This document shows positions 1-8,213 of a stretch of 64,000 nt of DNA, piece by piece. Within the stretch, counting starts at the first letter, position 1. Each line of letters begins with the position of its first letter. Source of the stretch: Candidatus Kaiserbacteria bacterium (lineage in GTDB: Bacteria; Patescibacteriota; Minisyncoccia; Phycocordibacterales; Phycocordibacteraceae); contig DAIDIW010000001.1 in NCBI GenBank assembly GCA_027451665.1, forward strand, positions 159,773-223,772, written 5' to 3'. The notes below the pieces were generated by a model, which did not search any database, was not told where the DNA came from, and was given only the letters and a program-made list of their open reading frames with translations. A program made the translations under genes and the position numbers.

Positions 1-1041
1 CTCTCGTTTGCCGCAGGACTCATCCTCATCCTGCTCGGCATCACCTACGGCATCCAGCCGTACGGAGCATCGGTCATGTCCTGGGGAAGTCCTACGGTGC
101 TCGCGTATCTTATCGGCGGCGCGTCGCTCCTCGGCATCTTTGTTCTCGTGGAACGGCGGACGCGCACGCCTATGTTCGACCTCCGTCTCTTTAACATCCG
201 TGCCTTTGCCGCCGGGAATGCCGCGAGTCTGCTTTCCTCAATCGGCCGTGGCGGTTTACAATTCATGCTCATCATCTGGCTCCAGGGAATCTGGCTGCCG
301 CTCCACGGCTATTCCTTCGAATCGACACCGCTCTGGGCAGGTATCTTCATGCTGCCGCTCACGTTCGGGTTCCTCGTCGCCGGGCCGCTCTCGGGCTACC
401 TCTCGGATCGCTACGGCGCACGTCCGTTTGCGACCGGCGGCATGCTGCTCGGCGCGCTCAGCTTCGTACTCCTCATGCTCCTTCCGGTCGACTTCCCGTA
501 CTGGCTCTTCGGACTCATGATCTTCCTGAACGGCGTCGGTTCCGGGCTTTTTGCCGCACCGAACACGACCGGCATCATGAACGCGGTGCCCGCGCGCGAA
601 CGCGGACAGGCCTCCGGCATGCGCGCGACGACCATGAATGCCGGCATGGTCCTTTCGATAGGCATCTTCTTTAGCCTCATCATCGTCGGGCTCGCTTCCA
701 CGCTCCCGCAGGCGATCACCGCCGGACTCTCCGCCGAGCAGGTGCCCGCCCCGGTGGTGCATGAGATTGCCTCCGTGCCCGTTGTGAGCAGCCTCTTCGC
801 CGCCTTCCTCGGCTACAACCCGATGGCGACGCTCGTACCGCAGCAGACGCTCGCGAGCCTTCCTGCGAGGGACCGTCGCACGCTTGAGGGCACGACCTTC
901 TTCCCGCAGCTCATTGCGAAGCCCTTCATGGATGGACTCTCGATCGCGTTCACCTTCGCCGCGTTCCTCTTCCTCCTCGCGGCTATTGCTTCATGGCTGC
1001 GCGGCGCGCGTTACGTTCATGAGGAAGTTCTCACTACGTGA
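1..1041 (+). CDS. MFS transporter (DHA2/EmrB-like), 5'-truncated at the window edge
   Basis: The reading frame is open from position 1. Multiple hydrophobic TM segments. Typical MFS loop motifs (GPLSGYLSDRYGARP). Confidence 0.8.
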   Translation, partial: LSFAAGLILILLGITYGIQPYGASVMSWGSPTVLAYLIGGASLLGIFVLVERRTRTPMFDLRLFNIRAFAAGNAASLLSSIGRGGLQFMLIIWLQGIWLPLHGYSFESTPLWAGIFMLPLTFGFLVAGPLSGYLSDRYGARPFATGGMLLGALSFVLLMLLPVDFPYWLFGLMIFLNGVGSGLFAAPNTTGIMNAVPARERGQASGMRATTMNAGMVLSIGIFFSLIIVGLASTLPQAITAGLSAEQVPAPVVHEIASVPVVSSLFAAFLGYNPMATLVPQQTLASLPARDRRTLEGTTFFPQLIAKPFMDGLSIAFTFAAFLFLLAAIASWLRGARYVHEEVLTT

Positions 1042-1167
1042 GGCCGTTGTGCGAGTGCAGCCTACCTGCCTGAACGCAGGGGCGATACGCGCGGAACAAA
1101 AGCCCGACTTGATTCGTATTGAAGTTATTATGCCGCTCTCGCGTGCCCCCTCCGCCGCATATCCCGG

Positions 1168-1800
1168 TTGTCGAACGCTATGCTGACCCACCTCATACAG
1201 ACGTTCGGGTATCTCGCCATATTCGTGCTCATGACGCTCGAGAGCGCGCTGCTCCCGATCCCCTCGGAGATCACGATGCCTTTCGCGGGCTACCTCGCGC
1301 GCCAGGGGACGCTCATTCTCTGGGTCGTGATTCTTGTCGGCACCGTGGGGAATCTCGTCGGTTCGCTCGCCGCGTACTACCTCGGCCATGTGATTGAGGA
1401 GCGCGCGCTCATTGGCTGGATACGGCGGTACGGCAAGTACCTGCTTATCCGGGAGGCCGACTATCATCGCGGTGTCGCGTGGTTCGCGAAATATGGCGGT
1501 CCAGCCGCGTTCTTTTCGCGCATTCTGCCTGGCGTGCGTACCTATCTCTCGCTCCCGGCCGGTATGTTCGAGATGAATCTGGTGAAATTCTCGGTGTATA
1601 CCTTTGCCGGGTCGTTGCTCTGGTCCGGTTTCCTTGCCTGGATAGGCTATAAGCTCGGCGGCCAGTGGGGGAGCGTCGGTTCGCTTGTTCGCATACTCGA
1701 ATATGCCGTAGGCGCGGGCGTTGTGCTCGCCGTCGCGTATTACCTCTATCGCCGGCTCGGCAATCGTCGGCGGGTAGGTACGAACAGGCTGGGATCCTAG
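1168..1800 (+). CDS. DedA family (SNARE-associated/TVP38) membrane protein
   Basis: DedA signature region (LESALLPIPSEI...GYL...FFSRILPGVRTYLSLPAGM). About 210 aa with TM helices. Confidence 0.8.
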   Translation: MSNAMLTHLIQTFGYLAIFVLMTLESALLPIPSEITMPFAGYLARQGTLILWVVILVGTVGNLVGSLAAYYLGHVIEERALIGWIRRYGKYLLIREADYHRGVAWFAKYGGPAAFFSRILPGVRTYLSLPAGMFEMNLVKFSVYTFAGSLLWSGFLAWIGYKLGGQWGSVGSLVRILEYAVGAGVVLAVAYYLYRRLGNRRRVGTNRLGS

Positions 1801-1823
1801 GCGCATCGTGCTTTAATGGAAAT

Positions 1824-2174
1824 GTGACGAACATTCTCATCTATTTCGTGACGGGCGGCGTTGTGACGACCGCCATTGTCCTCCTCGAGGAGAGCGGTTT
1901 CCGCATCCTCTCCGGTCTCGCCACGCTCATGCCGGTCTTCACGCTCATCGCCTATTTCTTCATCGGCGAGACGAACGGCGGACGCGCGCTCAGCCAGCAC
2001 GCGGAACTCGTGCTCGTGGGCACGCTCGTCGCGTGGGTGCCCTACATGCTCGTTGTCGTTTGGCTCGCTCCCCGTCTCGATACCTATGAGACGATCGGGG
2101 CCGCGCTCGTCGTCTTCTTCGTACTCGCGCTTGGGTTCCTCCTCCTCACGCAGCATTTCGGCTGGTTCTCGTAA
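1824..2174 (+). CDS. Small hydrophobic membrane protein (hypothetical)
   Basis: The track ORF 1665..2174 overlaps dedA. An internal GTG at 1824 begins a 3-4 TM hydrophobic protein. Confidence 0.35.
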   Translation: MTNILIYFVTGGVVTTAIVLLEESGFRILSGLATLMPVFTLIAYFFIGETNGGRALSQHAELVLVGTLVAWVPYMLVVVWLAPRLDTYETIGAALVVFFVLALGFLLLTQHFGWFS

Positions 2175-2222
2175 GGCGCTCCTCGCCGCCCCCTCACATA
2201 CGTGCGTGCTAGCATACGGCGC

Positions 2223-2894
2223 ATGGATACGCCTTATAAGACATACCGGGCGGTCTTGCGTATGCGCCGTCCTGAATATGAAGGCGTCGCGACCTACGTA
2301 TTTGCGTCGGAAGAACCGGTACCGTTCTCCGCAGGCGCGTATGTGCACATGCGGATCCCCGGGGTGCCCGAAGGGGAGAAGGCGGTGCGCGAATTCTCAA
2401 TCGCGTCAGCACCGGGCGACCGAGAGTTGTGGTTCGGCATAGACACGAGCTCAGGTAGCCCGTATCAGGCGGCGCTTGAGCGTCTTGCGATTGGCGAGAC
2501 CGTGGAACTCTTCAAGATTAAGACGCATTTCACCTGGCCGCCGGAAAATGAGGAGGTGGTCATGGTCGCGGGAGGTGTCGGCATCACGCCCTTCCGTTCG
2601 CAGATCATCGATCGCACGAATCGTAAGCTGCCGTTTACGCTTTCGCTCGTGCACGCCGCCCGCGGCGCGCACCTTTATGCGGAAGAGCTTGCGCCGCTCG
2701 TGAACGAGTACCACGAGACGGATCGCGCGAGCCTTACGGAGACGCTTGTCGCCGTCGCGTACGCGCATCCACGCGCGACGTATTTCATCGCCGGTTCCGA
2801 AGGTTTCGTCGCGAGTGTTGCCGGAATCCTCCGCGCACAAGGCGTCACGCGCATCGAGAGCGACAATTTCAGCGGCCTCGGCGAGCGTTTCTGA
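2223..2894 (+). CDS. FNR-like FAD/NAD(P)-binding oxidoreductase (standalone reductase module)
   Basis: R-x-F-S-I-A-S FAD-binding motif and GGVGITPF NAD(P)-binding motif. Clear paralog of the C-terminal domain of the 6515..8017 protein. Confidence 0.6.
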   Translation: MDTPYKTYRAVLRMRRPEYEGVATYVFASEEPVPFSAGAYVHMRIPGVPEGEKAVREFSIASAPGDRELWFGIDTSSGSPYQAALERLAIGETVELFKIKTHFTWPPENEEVVMVAGGVGITPFRSQIIDRTNRKLPFTLSLVHAARGAHLYAEELAPLVNEYHETDRASLTETLVAVAYAHPRATYFIAGSEGFVASVAGILRAQGVTRIESDNFSGLGERF

Positions 2895-2950
2895 GATTTT
2901 ACCGCTGTGGAAATCCTTGCGCGGTCGCTGCGCGGTATACTGCAAGCGAT

Positions 2951-4261
2951 ATGTCATTCGTCACGCTGCATCGCCACAAGGGAAAGGGGGTCGGACTCAT
3001 CGTCCTCGTCCTGCTTGCGGGAGGCGGGTACTGGCTCTACGCGCACGCGGCCGGTTCGGCATACGCGACACCTCAGGAAGCTGCGAGTGTCTACGTCCGG
3101 TTCGACATGGAGGCGTATGACAAGATCGCGCAGAACTACTGGAATAAGCTGAGCGACGCGCAGCTCGCCGAGCTCTTCACCCTGAGCGCGGACAAGGCCG
3201 CGAGCACCACCGCACTCTTGAAGGCAACCGACCGACCGACCACGGCAAAGATGCTTGCACAGATGTTCGCCATGGCGACGAGTTCGGCAGCCCGGAAGCA
3301 GCTCGCGCTCAAGACGCTCGCCGTAGCGCTCTACAATCTCGCGCCGTTCGGCCGCGATCAGCTGTTCACGAACGAGCAAACGACGGCACTGCGCCAGGAA
3401 GTGAGCAATGTGCACCCGAACGAGAACCTGTACGGCAATCTCGGACTCTCGAAGGGAGCCAGTGCGAGCGAAGTGCAGGCAGCGTATACCGCGAAGGCTA
3501 AGGCGTTGTCGGCGAGCTCGTCGCCCGCCGCAGCGCAGGCACTCCAGACAATCGCGTACGCGAAGCAGGTGCTCACGAATCCCGAGAGTAAGCAGCTCTA
3601 TGATTCCTCAGGCATACAACCTACGGTCTTTCCGCACATACTCGGCCATACGCTCTATCTCGATCTCTCGCAGATCGCGCCGACGACGCTCCAGGAGTTC
3701 GCGATCGCGGTCAACAATGCTTCCACGACGCCCGGTCTCGACAGTATGATCATCGACCTGCGCGGCAATATCGGCGGCGCGCTCGATTTCCTTCAGAATT
3801 TCCTCGGCCTTTTCATCGGTAACAATCAGTATGCATTCGACCTCTACCATCAGGGCCAGTATGAGGTGCAGCGAACCGTCCAGCCGAAGTTCGCCGAGCT
3901 CGATCGTTACACGGACATCGCCATCCTGACCGATCATATGACCCAATCGACCGCAGAACTCACGACGGCGACTTTCGAGCGCTACCATCTCGCGCACGTG
4001 GTCGGCACCACAACGCGCGGCTGGGGCACGGTAGAAAACACGTATCCGCTCAAGACCGCGCTTGACGGCTCGACCTACACGCTTCTGCTCGTGAACAGCA
4101 TCACGCTCCGTCCCGATAATCAGCCGATCGAGGGACGCGGCGTCGATCCGAACGTCAATACGAGCGTGCCGGGATGGCAGAGTAAGCTTTCGCAATACTT
4201 CCGTTCCGCAAGCCTGATTAAGGCGATTGAACAGGTGGCTGTCCAGAAACCGCTCCGGTAG
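2951..4261 (+). CDS. S41 family C-terminal processing peptidase with N-terminal membrane anchor and a J-domain-like insert
   Basis: The S41 hallmark IIDLRGNIGG is present. A ...TQSTAE...VGTTTRGWGTVEN region aligns to the Ser/Lys dyad region of Prc/CtpA. N-terminal basic stretch plus TM. Residues ~150-215 resemble a J domain without HPD. Confidence 0.7.
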   Translation: MSFVTLHRHKGKGVGLIVLVLLAGGGYWLYAHAAGSAYATPQEAASVYVRFDMEAYDKIAQNYWNKLSDAQLAELFTLSADKAASTTALLKATDRPTTAKMLAQMFAMATSSAARKQLALKTLAVALYNLAPFGRDQLFTNEQTTALRQEVSNVHPNENLYGNLGLSKGASASEVQAAYTAKAKALSASSSPAAAQALQTIAYAKQVLTNPESKQLYDSSGIQPTVFPHILGHTLYLDLSQIAPTTLQEFAIAVNNASTTPGLDSMIIDLRGNIGGALDFLQNFLGLFIGNNQYAFDLYHQGQYEVQRTVQPKFAELDRYTDIAILTDHMTQSTAELTTATFERYHLAHVVGTTTRGWGTVENTYPLKTALDGSTYTLLLVNSITLRPDNQPIEGRGVDPNVNTSVPGWQSKLSQYFRSASLIKAIEQVAVQKPLR

Positions 4262-4336
4262 CGCCGCGTTTTCGGCTTATTGCGTGTCGCCTGCGCAAGA
4301 GTACGATACGAGCATTACGAGCTAATCTTCCGATTC

Positions 4337-4597
4337 ATGATGTGGGACTACGGCTATGGCTATGGGCATCCGATGATGTGGGGCGGCGGGGGAGGCGTCA
4401 TCGGCGTCGTGTTCTCGATTTTCTGGGTGATTCTGCTTATCGTCGCGATCGTCTGGGCGATCCGGTTCTTGCGTCATTCACGCAGCAAGCACTGGGCGTT
4501 CTCGCAGAGCGCGCTCGATATACTGCGGGAACGGTATGCGAAGGGCGAGATAGATACCGCCGAATACGAGGAACGAAAGAAGACGCTCGAGAAGTAA
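4337..4597 (+). CDS. SHOCT domain membrane protein
   Basis: C-terminal DILRERYAKGEIDTAEYEERKKTLE matches the SHOCT motif. Gly-rich and hydrophobic N-terminus. The internal Met start was chosen over the track start. Confidence 0.6.
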   Translation: MMWDYGYGYGHPMMWGGGGGVIGVVFSIFWVILLIVAIVWAIRFLRHSRSKHWAFSQSALDILRERYAKGEIDTAEYEERKKTLEK

Positions 4598-4616
4598 TTG
4601 AATCGCGTCTCTTACG

Positions 4617-4644
4617 AAAACCGTCCGGTCGTGCGGACGGTTTT
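4617..4644. terminator. Bidirectional rho-independent terminator between convergent genes
   Basis: 11-bp stem AAAACCGTCCG/CGGACGGTTTT with loop GTCGTG and flanking A and T tracts, lying between a + gene end (4597) and a - gene end (4649). Confidence 0.55.
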
Positions 4645-4648
4645 CGTA

Positions 4649-5134
4649 TCACCAGGCGCCAAGCGTGAATCGGAATCTGTCCCGGAGCACGCGATCGATG
4701 CTGTAGTAACGCCAGCATTTCCCGAGCCAGAGCGCGAGAAAGACGATGATGTAAATGATCGCGGTGCCGATATCGGTCGATCCGGCGACATACGGACCGC
4801 CGAAGCCTTCTGCGGTGCTCCAGATGACGAACGCCATGAGCATGCCACCTACCATCGTGACGCGTGTCGCCGCACCGAAAATAAGCCCGAGAGCGATCGC
4901 CGTTTCGGCAACCGCGACAATGATGCCGAAGAGATGCGGATTCACGGAGACCGTCTGTATCCAGAGATGAATCCAGGCCTGCACGGCCGCGGGCTGGCCC
5001 TGTGCACCGTCCACAAGATAGGAGGTAAAATTGTTGAGGAAGGCCGGCTGCCACTTGAAGGCGGCGTCAATGAGCCAGATGAATCCGAAAAGGATGCGCA
5101 AGAGCGCGAATGACTTGTCTTCGAGAGGTCTCAT
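4649..5134 (-). CDS. DoxX family membrane protein
   Basis: DoxX-like 4-TM pattern (LLRILFGFIWLIDAAFKW...). Start taken at the internal Met. Confidence 0.65.
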   Translation of the reverse strand: MRPLEDKSFALLRILFGFIWLIDAAFKWQPAFLNNFTSYLVDGAQGQPAAVQAWIHLWIQTVSVNPHLFGIIVAVAETAIALGLIFGAATRVTMVGGMLMAFVIWSTAEGFGGPYVAGSTDIGTAIIYIIVFLALWLGKCWRYYSIDRVLRDRFRFTLGAW

Positions 5135-5238
5135 GCTTTCATGATACGGCACCATGCCGAGGAGCCGGTCCTTATGCACAAGCCCTCACAATGAATGAAA
5201 ATCCCGCGTAGACCGTAGATAGGAGAGTACACCCCACT

Positions 5239-5748
5239 ATGAAGAAAGCTATCATCGCCGCAGTAGTCGTGGCCGCCTCGGCCCTCTATCTTTTTATCCG
5301 GACGCCCGCGGCGTCCGCGACCCAGCCGCAGCCGGTTCCTATTTCAGCTAACGTACCGTCGACGACGAGCGCCGGTGCGCCGCCCGCGGGTGCAAGCCCC
5401 TCCGGTACACCGTCTTCCGGAGCGGCATCCGGGAGTGCGCCAACAGCGCCGTCCTCGGGTCAGTATAAGGACGGCACGTACACCGGTCCTTCGGTGAACG
5501 CGTATTGGGGATACGTGCAGGTCCGCGCGACTGTCTCCGGCGGAAAGCTTGTCCATATCGCGTTCCTCCAATATCCGAACGGCCACTCGGCATCCCAGTA
5601 CATAAATTCTCAGGCGATGCCGTACCTTACGCAGGAAGCGCTTTCCGTGCAGAGCGCGAATGTAAACATCATCTCGGGCGCAACGATGACCTCTATGGGT
5701 TTCCGCCAGTCGCTCGGTGCGGCGCTTTCAAAGGCTGCAAATAGCTAA
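5239..5748 (+). CDS. FMN-binding domain protein (secreted or membrane-anchored, likely flavinylation substrate)
   Basis: Signal anchor, a Pro/Ser/Ala-rich linker, and an FMN_bind-like C-terminus carrying the S-G-A-T flavinylation-type motif (ISGATMTSMGF). Confidence 0.75.
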   Translation: MKKAIIAAVVVAASALYLFIRTPAASATQPQPVPISANVPSTTSAGAPPAGASPSGTPSSGAASGSAPTAPSSGQYKDGTYTGPSVNAYWGYVQVRATVSGGKLVHIAFLQYPNGHSASQYINSQAMPYLTQEALSVQSANVNIISGATMTSMGFRQSLGAALSKAANS

Positions 5749-5749
5749 C

Positions 5750-6505
5750 ATGCGCGCGGCGCGTCTCATCATGGGCATGCCCATCGAGATAGAAATCGTG
5801 GGCGAGGGAGAATCGATACGTGCAGCGCTCGAAGATGCGTTCGCCTACTTCACGCGCGTGGACGAGGAGTTCAGCACCTACAAGGAGAGCAGCGCGATTT
5901 CCCGCATAGACCGAGGCGAACTCTCGCTTGAAGAAGCAACCGAGGAGATGCGGCACGTCTTCGCGCTTGCCAAGGCCGCCAAGGAGGAGACCAAGGGCTA
6001 TTTTGATATACGCCGGCCGGACGGACATCTCGATCCTTCCGGCATCGTAAAGGGCTGGGCAATCGAAGAAGCGGCGGCGCACATCACCGCGGAGGGCTTC
6101 AAGGATTTTTTCGTCAATGCAGGCGGAGATATCGCTTCGTCGGGGCACAACGCCGATGGCGAGCCATGGTCGGTCGGCATCAAGAATCCTTTCGCGCAGG
6201 AGGAGATCGTGAAGGTCGTCTATCCGCGGGGGCGCGGCATTGCCACCTCAGGCTCATATGTGCGCGGTGCGCATATTTACGATCCCCACGATCCTGAGCA
6301 CCCGCTCGATGAGGTAAAGAGCGTTACCGTGATAGCGCCGTCCGTCATGCGGGCAGACATGCTTGCGACCGCGGCGTTCGCCATGGGTCGCGAGGGAATA
6401 GCGTTTCTCGAGGGACTGCCGGAGGTCGAAGGCTATCAGATTGATACGACGATGACCGCGACCATGACGAGCGGCTTCGGTCGCTTCATGCAATCACACG
6501 CCTAA
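5750..6505 (+). CDS. apbE: FAD:protein FMN transferase (ApbE family)
   Basis: ApbE motifs SGIVKGWA, NAGGD and TSGSY. About 250 aa. Immediately downstream of the FMN-bind gene. Confidence 0.85.
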   Translation: MRAARLIMGMPIEIEIVGEGESIRAALEDAFAYFTRVDEEFSTYKESSAISRIDRGELSLEEATEEMRHVFALAKAAKEETKGYFDIRRPDGHLDPSGIVKGWAIEEAAAHITAEGFKDFFVNAGGDIASSGHNADGEPWSVGIKNPFAQEEIVKVVYPRGRGIATSGSYVRGAHIYDPHDPEHPLDEVKSVTVIAPSVMRADMLATAAFAMGREGIAFLEGLPEVEGYQIDTTMTATMTSGFGRFMQSHA

Positions 6506-6514
6506 TCTTTCCGT

Positions 6515-8017
6515 ATGCGCTTCATTCTCGACCGTATCGATCGCATCACCATGTATCGCCTCGTGCTGTATTACCTAGCGGTACTCCTCGTCGTTGGTGC
6601 GTTCTTCGGCGCTATTGGTACGCTCGCGCTCTCACCGGTCTCGATCCTCTGGTCTGCGCTCGTGCTTATCGCCGCAACCTGGATCGTAAATGAATTGTTC
6701 GCGTGGATCTTCGGTGTCGATACCAACCATGAATCGTTCCTCATCACGGCGCTCATCCTTGCGCTTATTCTCCCGCCGGCGGCGTTCTCTAACCTTTCCG
6801 CGACGGGTGACCTCGCGGTGGTTGGCGCGATCGCCGTCGCATCAAAATACCTGCTTTCAGCGGGAAAGAAGCACATTTTCAACCCAGCCGCTCTCGCGGC
6901 CGTGTTTGCGGCGTTTTTCCTCGCCCCGCCTACCTGGTGGGTGGGCGGTAATCTCGCGCTCCTTCCGTTCGTACTTCTCGGCGGGCTCGCCATAGCCTAC
7001 AAGATTCGCCGCTTCGATACGGTGATCGCGTTCTTTGTGGCGGCGCTCGCTACGGTCGCACTTACCTCGGGCGTCGTGCTCTCGGGGATTCAGACGACGC
7101 TCCTGTATTCGCCGCTTTTCTTCCTTGCGTTTGCAATGCTCACCGAGCCGCTCACGATGCCGCCTACGCGCGGTCTGCGTATCATCTATGCGGGCATCGT
7201 CGGCATTCTCTTTGCTCCCGCCGTACATCTGTGGTCGTTCTATTCGTCGCCTGAGCTCGGACTTGTGATCGGTAACGCGTTCGCGTATGTCGTGTCGCCG
7301 AAGGGCCGGTATTCGCTCGTACTCGTCGCGCGCCGGAAGCTCGCGGACGGTATTTATGAATTCGTCTTCCGGCCGGACCGGCCGATCCGCTTCCGGCCAG
7401 GACAGTACCTCGAGTGGACGCTCGGGCACGGCATCCCCTTTGATTCTCGCGGAAATAGGCGCTACTTCACCATTTCTTCAGCTCCGGAAGATCCGAATAT
7501 CGCGCTTGGCGTCCGCTTCTATCCTGATACTTCCGGGTTCAAGCGCGGGCTCGCGAATCTGAAGGCGGGGGATTCCATAATGGTTGGTTCGCTTGCAGGG
7601 GATTTCACACTGCCGAAGGATACCGGTAAGAAGCTTGCATTCATTGCCGGCGGCATCGGCGTCACGCCCTTCGCGTCGATGGCGCGCCACATGAATGCGT
7701 CCGGCGAGGTGCGCGATGCCGTCCTGCTTTACTCGAGTCGTCGCGCTGCGGATTTCGCCTACGGAGCAGATCTTGCAAAGGCGGCCGAGCACGGGTTGCG
7801 TACGGTCTATACGCTTACCGATGATGTTGCCCTGCAGGGTGCGCGCCAGGGGGCGATCACGGCCGCGGTCATCGCGGAAGAGATTCCGGACTATCATGAG
7901 CGCACGTTTTATGTCTCCGGACCGCCGGGCATGGTGCGCTCACTGAGGCAGCAGCTGCAGGAGCTCGGCGTCCACCGCCTCGCCATCAAGACCGATTATT
8001 TTCCGGGGCTCGCCTAG
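6515..8017 (+). CDS. Membrane oxidoreductase: RnfD/NqrB-like polytopic domain fused to an FNR-like FAD/NAD(P)-binding reductase
   Basis: The N-terminal ~250 aa is multi-TM with KKHIFNPAALA (RnfD/NqrB-like). The C-terminal ~250 aa has RRYFTISSAP (RxYS) and GGIGVTPF motifs. Confidence 0.7.
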   Translation: MRFILDRIDRITMYRLVLYYLAVLLVVGAFFGAIGTLALSPVSILWSALVLIAATWIVNELFAWIFGVDTNHESFLITALILALILPPAAFSNLSATGDLAVVGAIAVASKYLLSAGKKHIFNPAALAAVFAAFFLAPPTWWVGGNLALLPFVLLGGLAIAYKIRRFDTVIAFFVAALATVALTSGVVLSGIQTTLLYSPLFFLAFAMLTEPLTMPPTRGLRIIYAGIVGILFAPAVHLWSFYSSPELGLVIGNAFAYVVSPKGRYSLVLVARRKLADGIYEFVFRPDRPIRFRPGQYLEWTLGHGIPFDSRGNRRYFTISSAPEDPNIALGVRFYPDTSGFKRGLANLKAGDSIMVGSLAGDFTLPKDTGKKLAFIAGGIGVTPFASMARHMNASGEVRDAVLLYSSRRAADFAYGADLAKAAEHGLRTVYTLTDDVALQGARQGAITAAVIAEEIPDYHERTFYVSGPPGMVRSLRQQLQELGVHRLAIKTDYFPGLA

Positions 8018-8213
8018 CGGAGGAAGGCTGGGGAAGCGGTCTGTGTATAACATCCGCCGTACGAGCGCGCAGCTGCGCGCTCGTTTTCGCTATCCACTTA
8101 TCCACAGCAGAAGGCGCTTGACCGTGCATTTGCGTTCATGAGCCAGGGGCGTACTCTGAACTTGTTTCTCGGGGGTTTCTTCCATTACACACGTGCACGG
8201 TAATTCGCTACTT

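Noticed and set aside
8-520. 170-aa ORF (and many similar ORFs such as 256..762-, 991..1806-, 12219..12800-, 29612..31159-) overlapping confidently assigned genes in other frames
   Set aside because: These are typical high-GC alternate-frame open frames. They have Arg/Ser/Pro-rich low-complexity translations and no motifs, and they fully overlap genes with clear family signatures.
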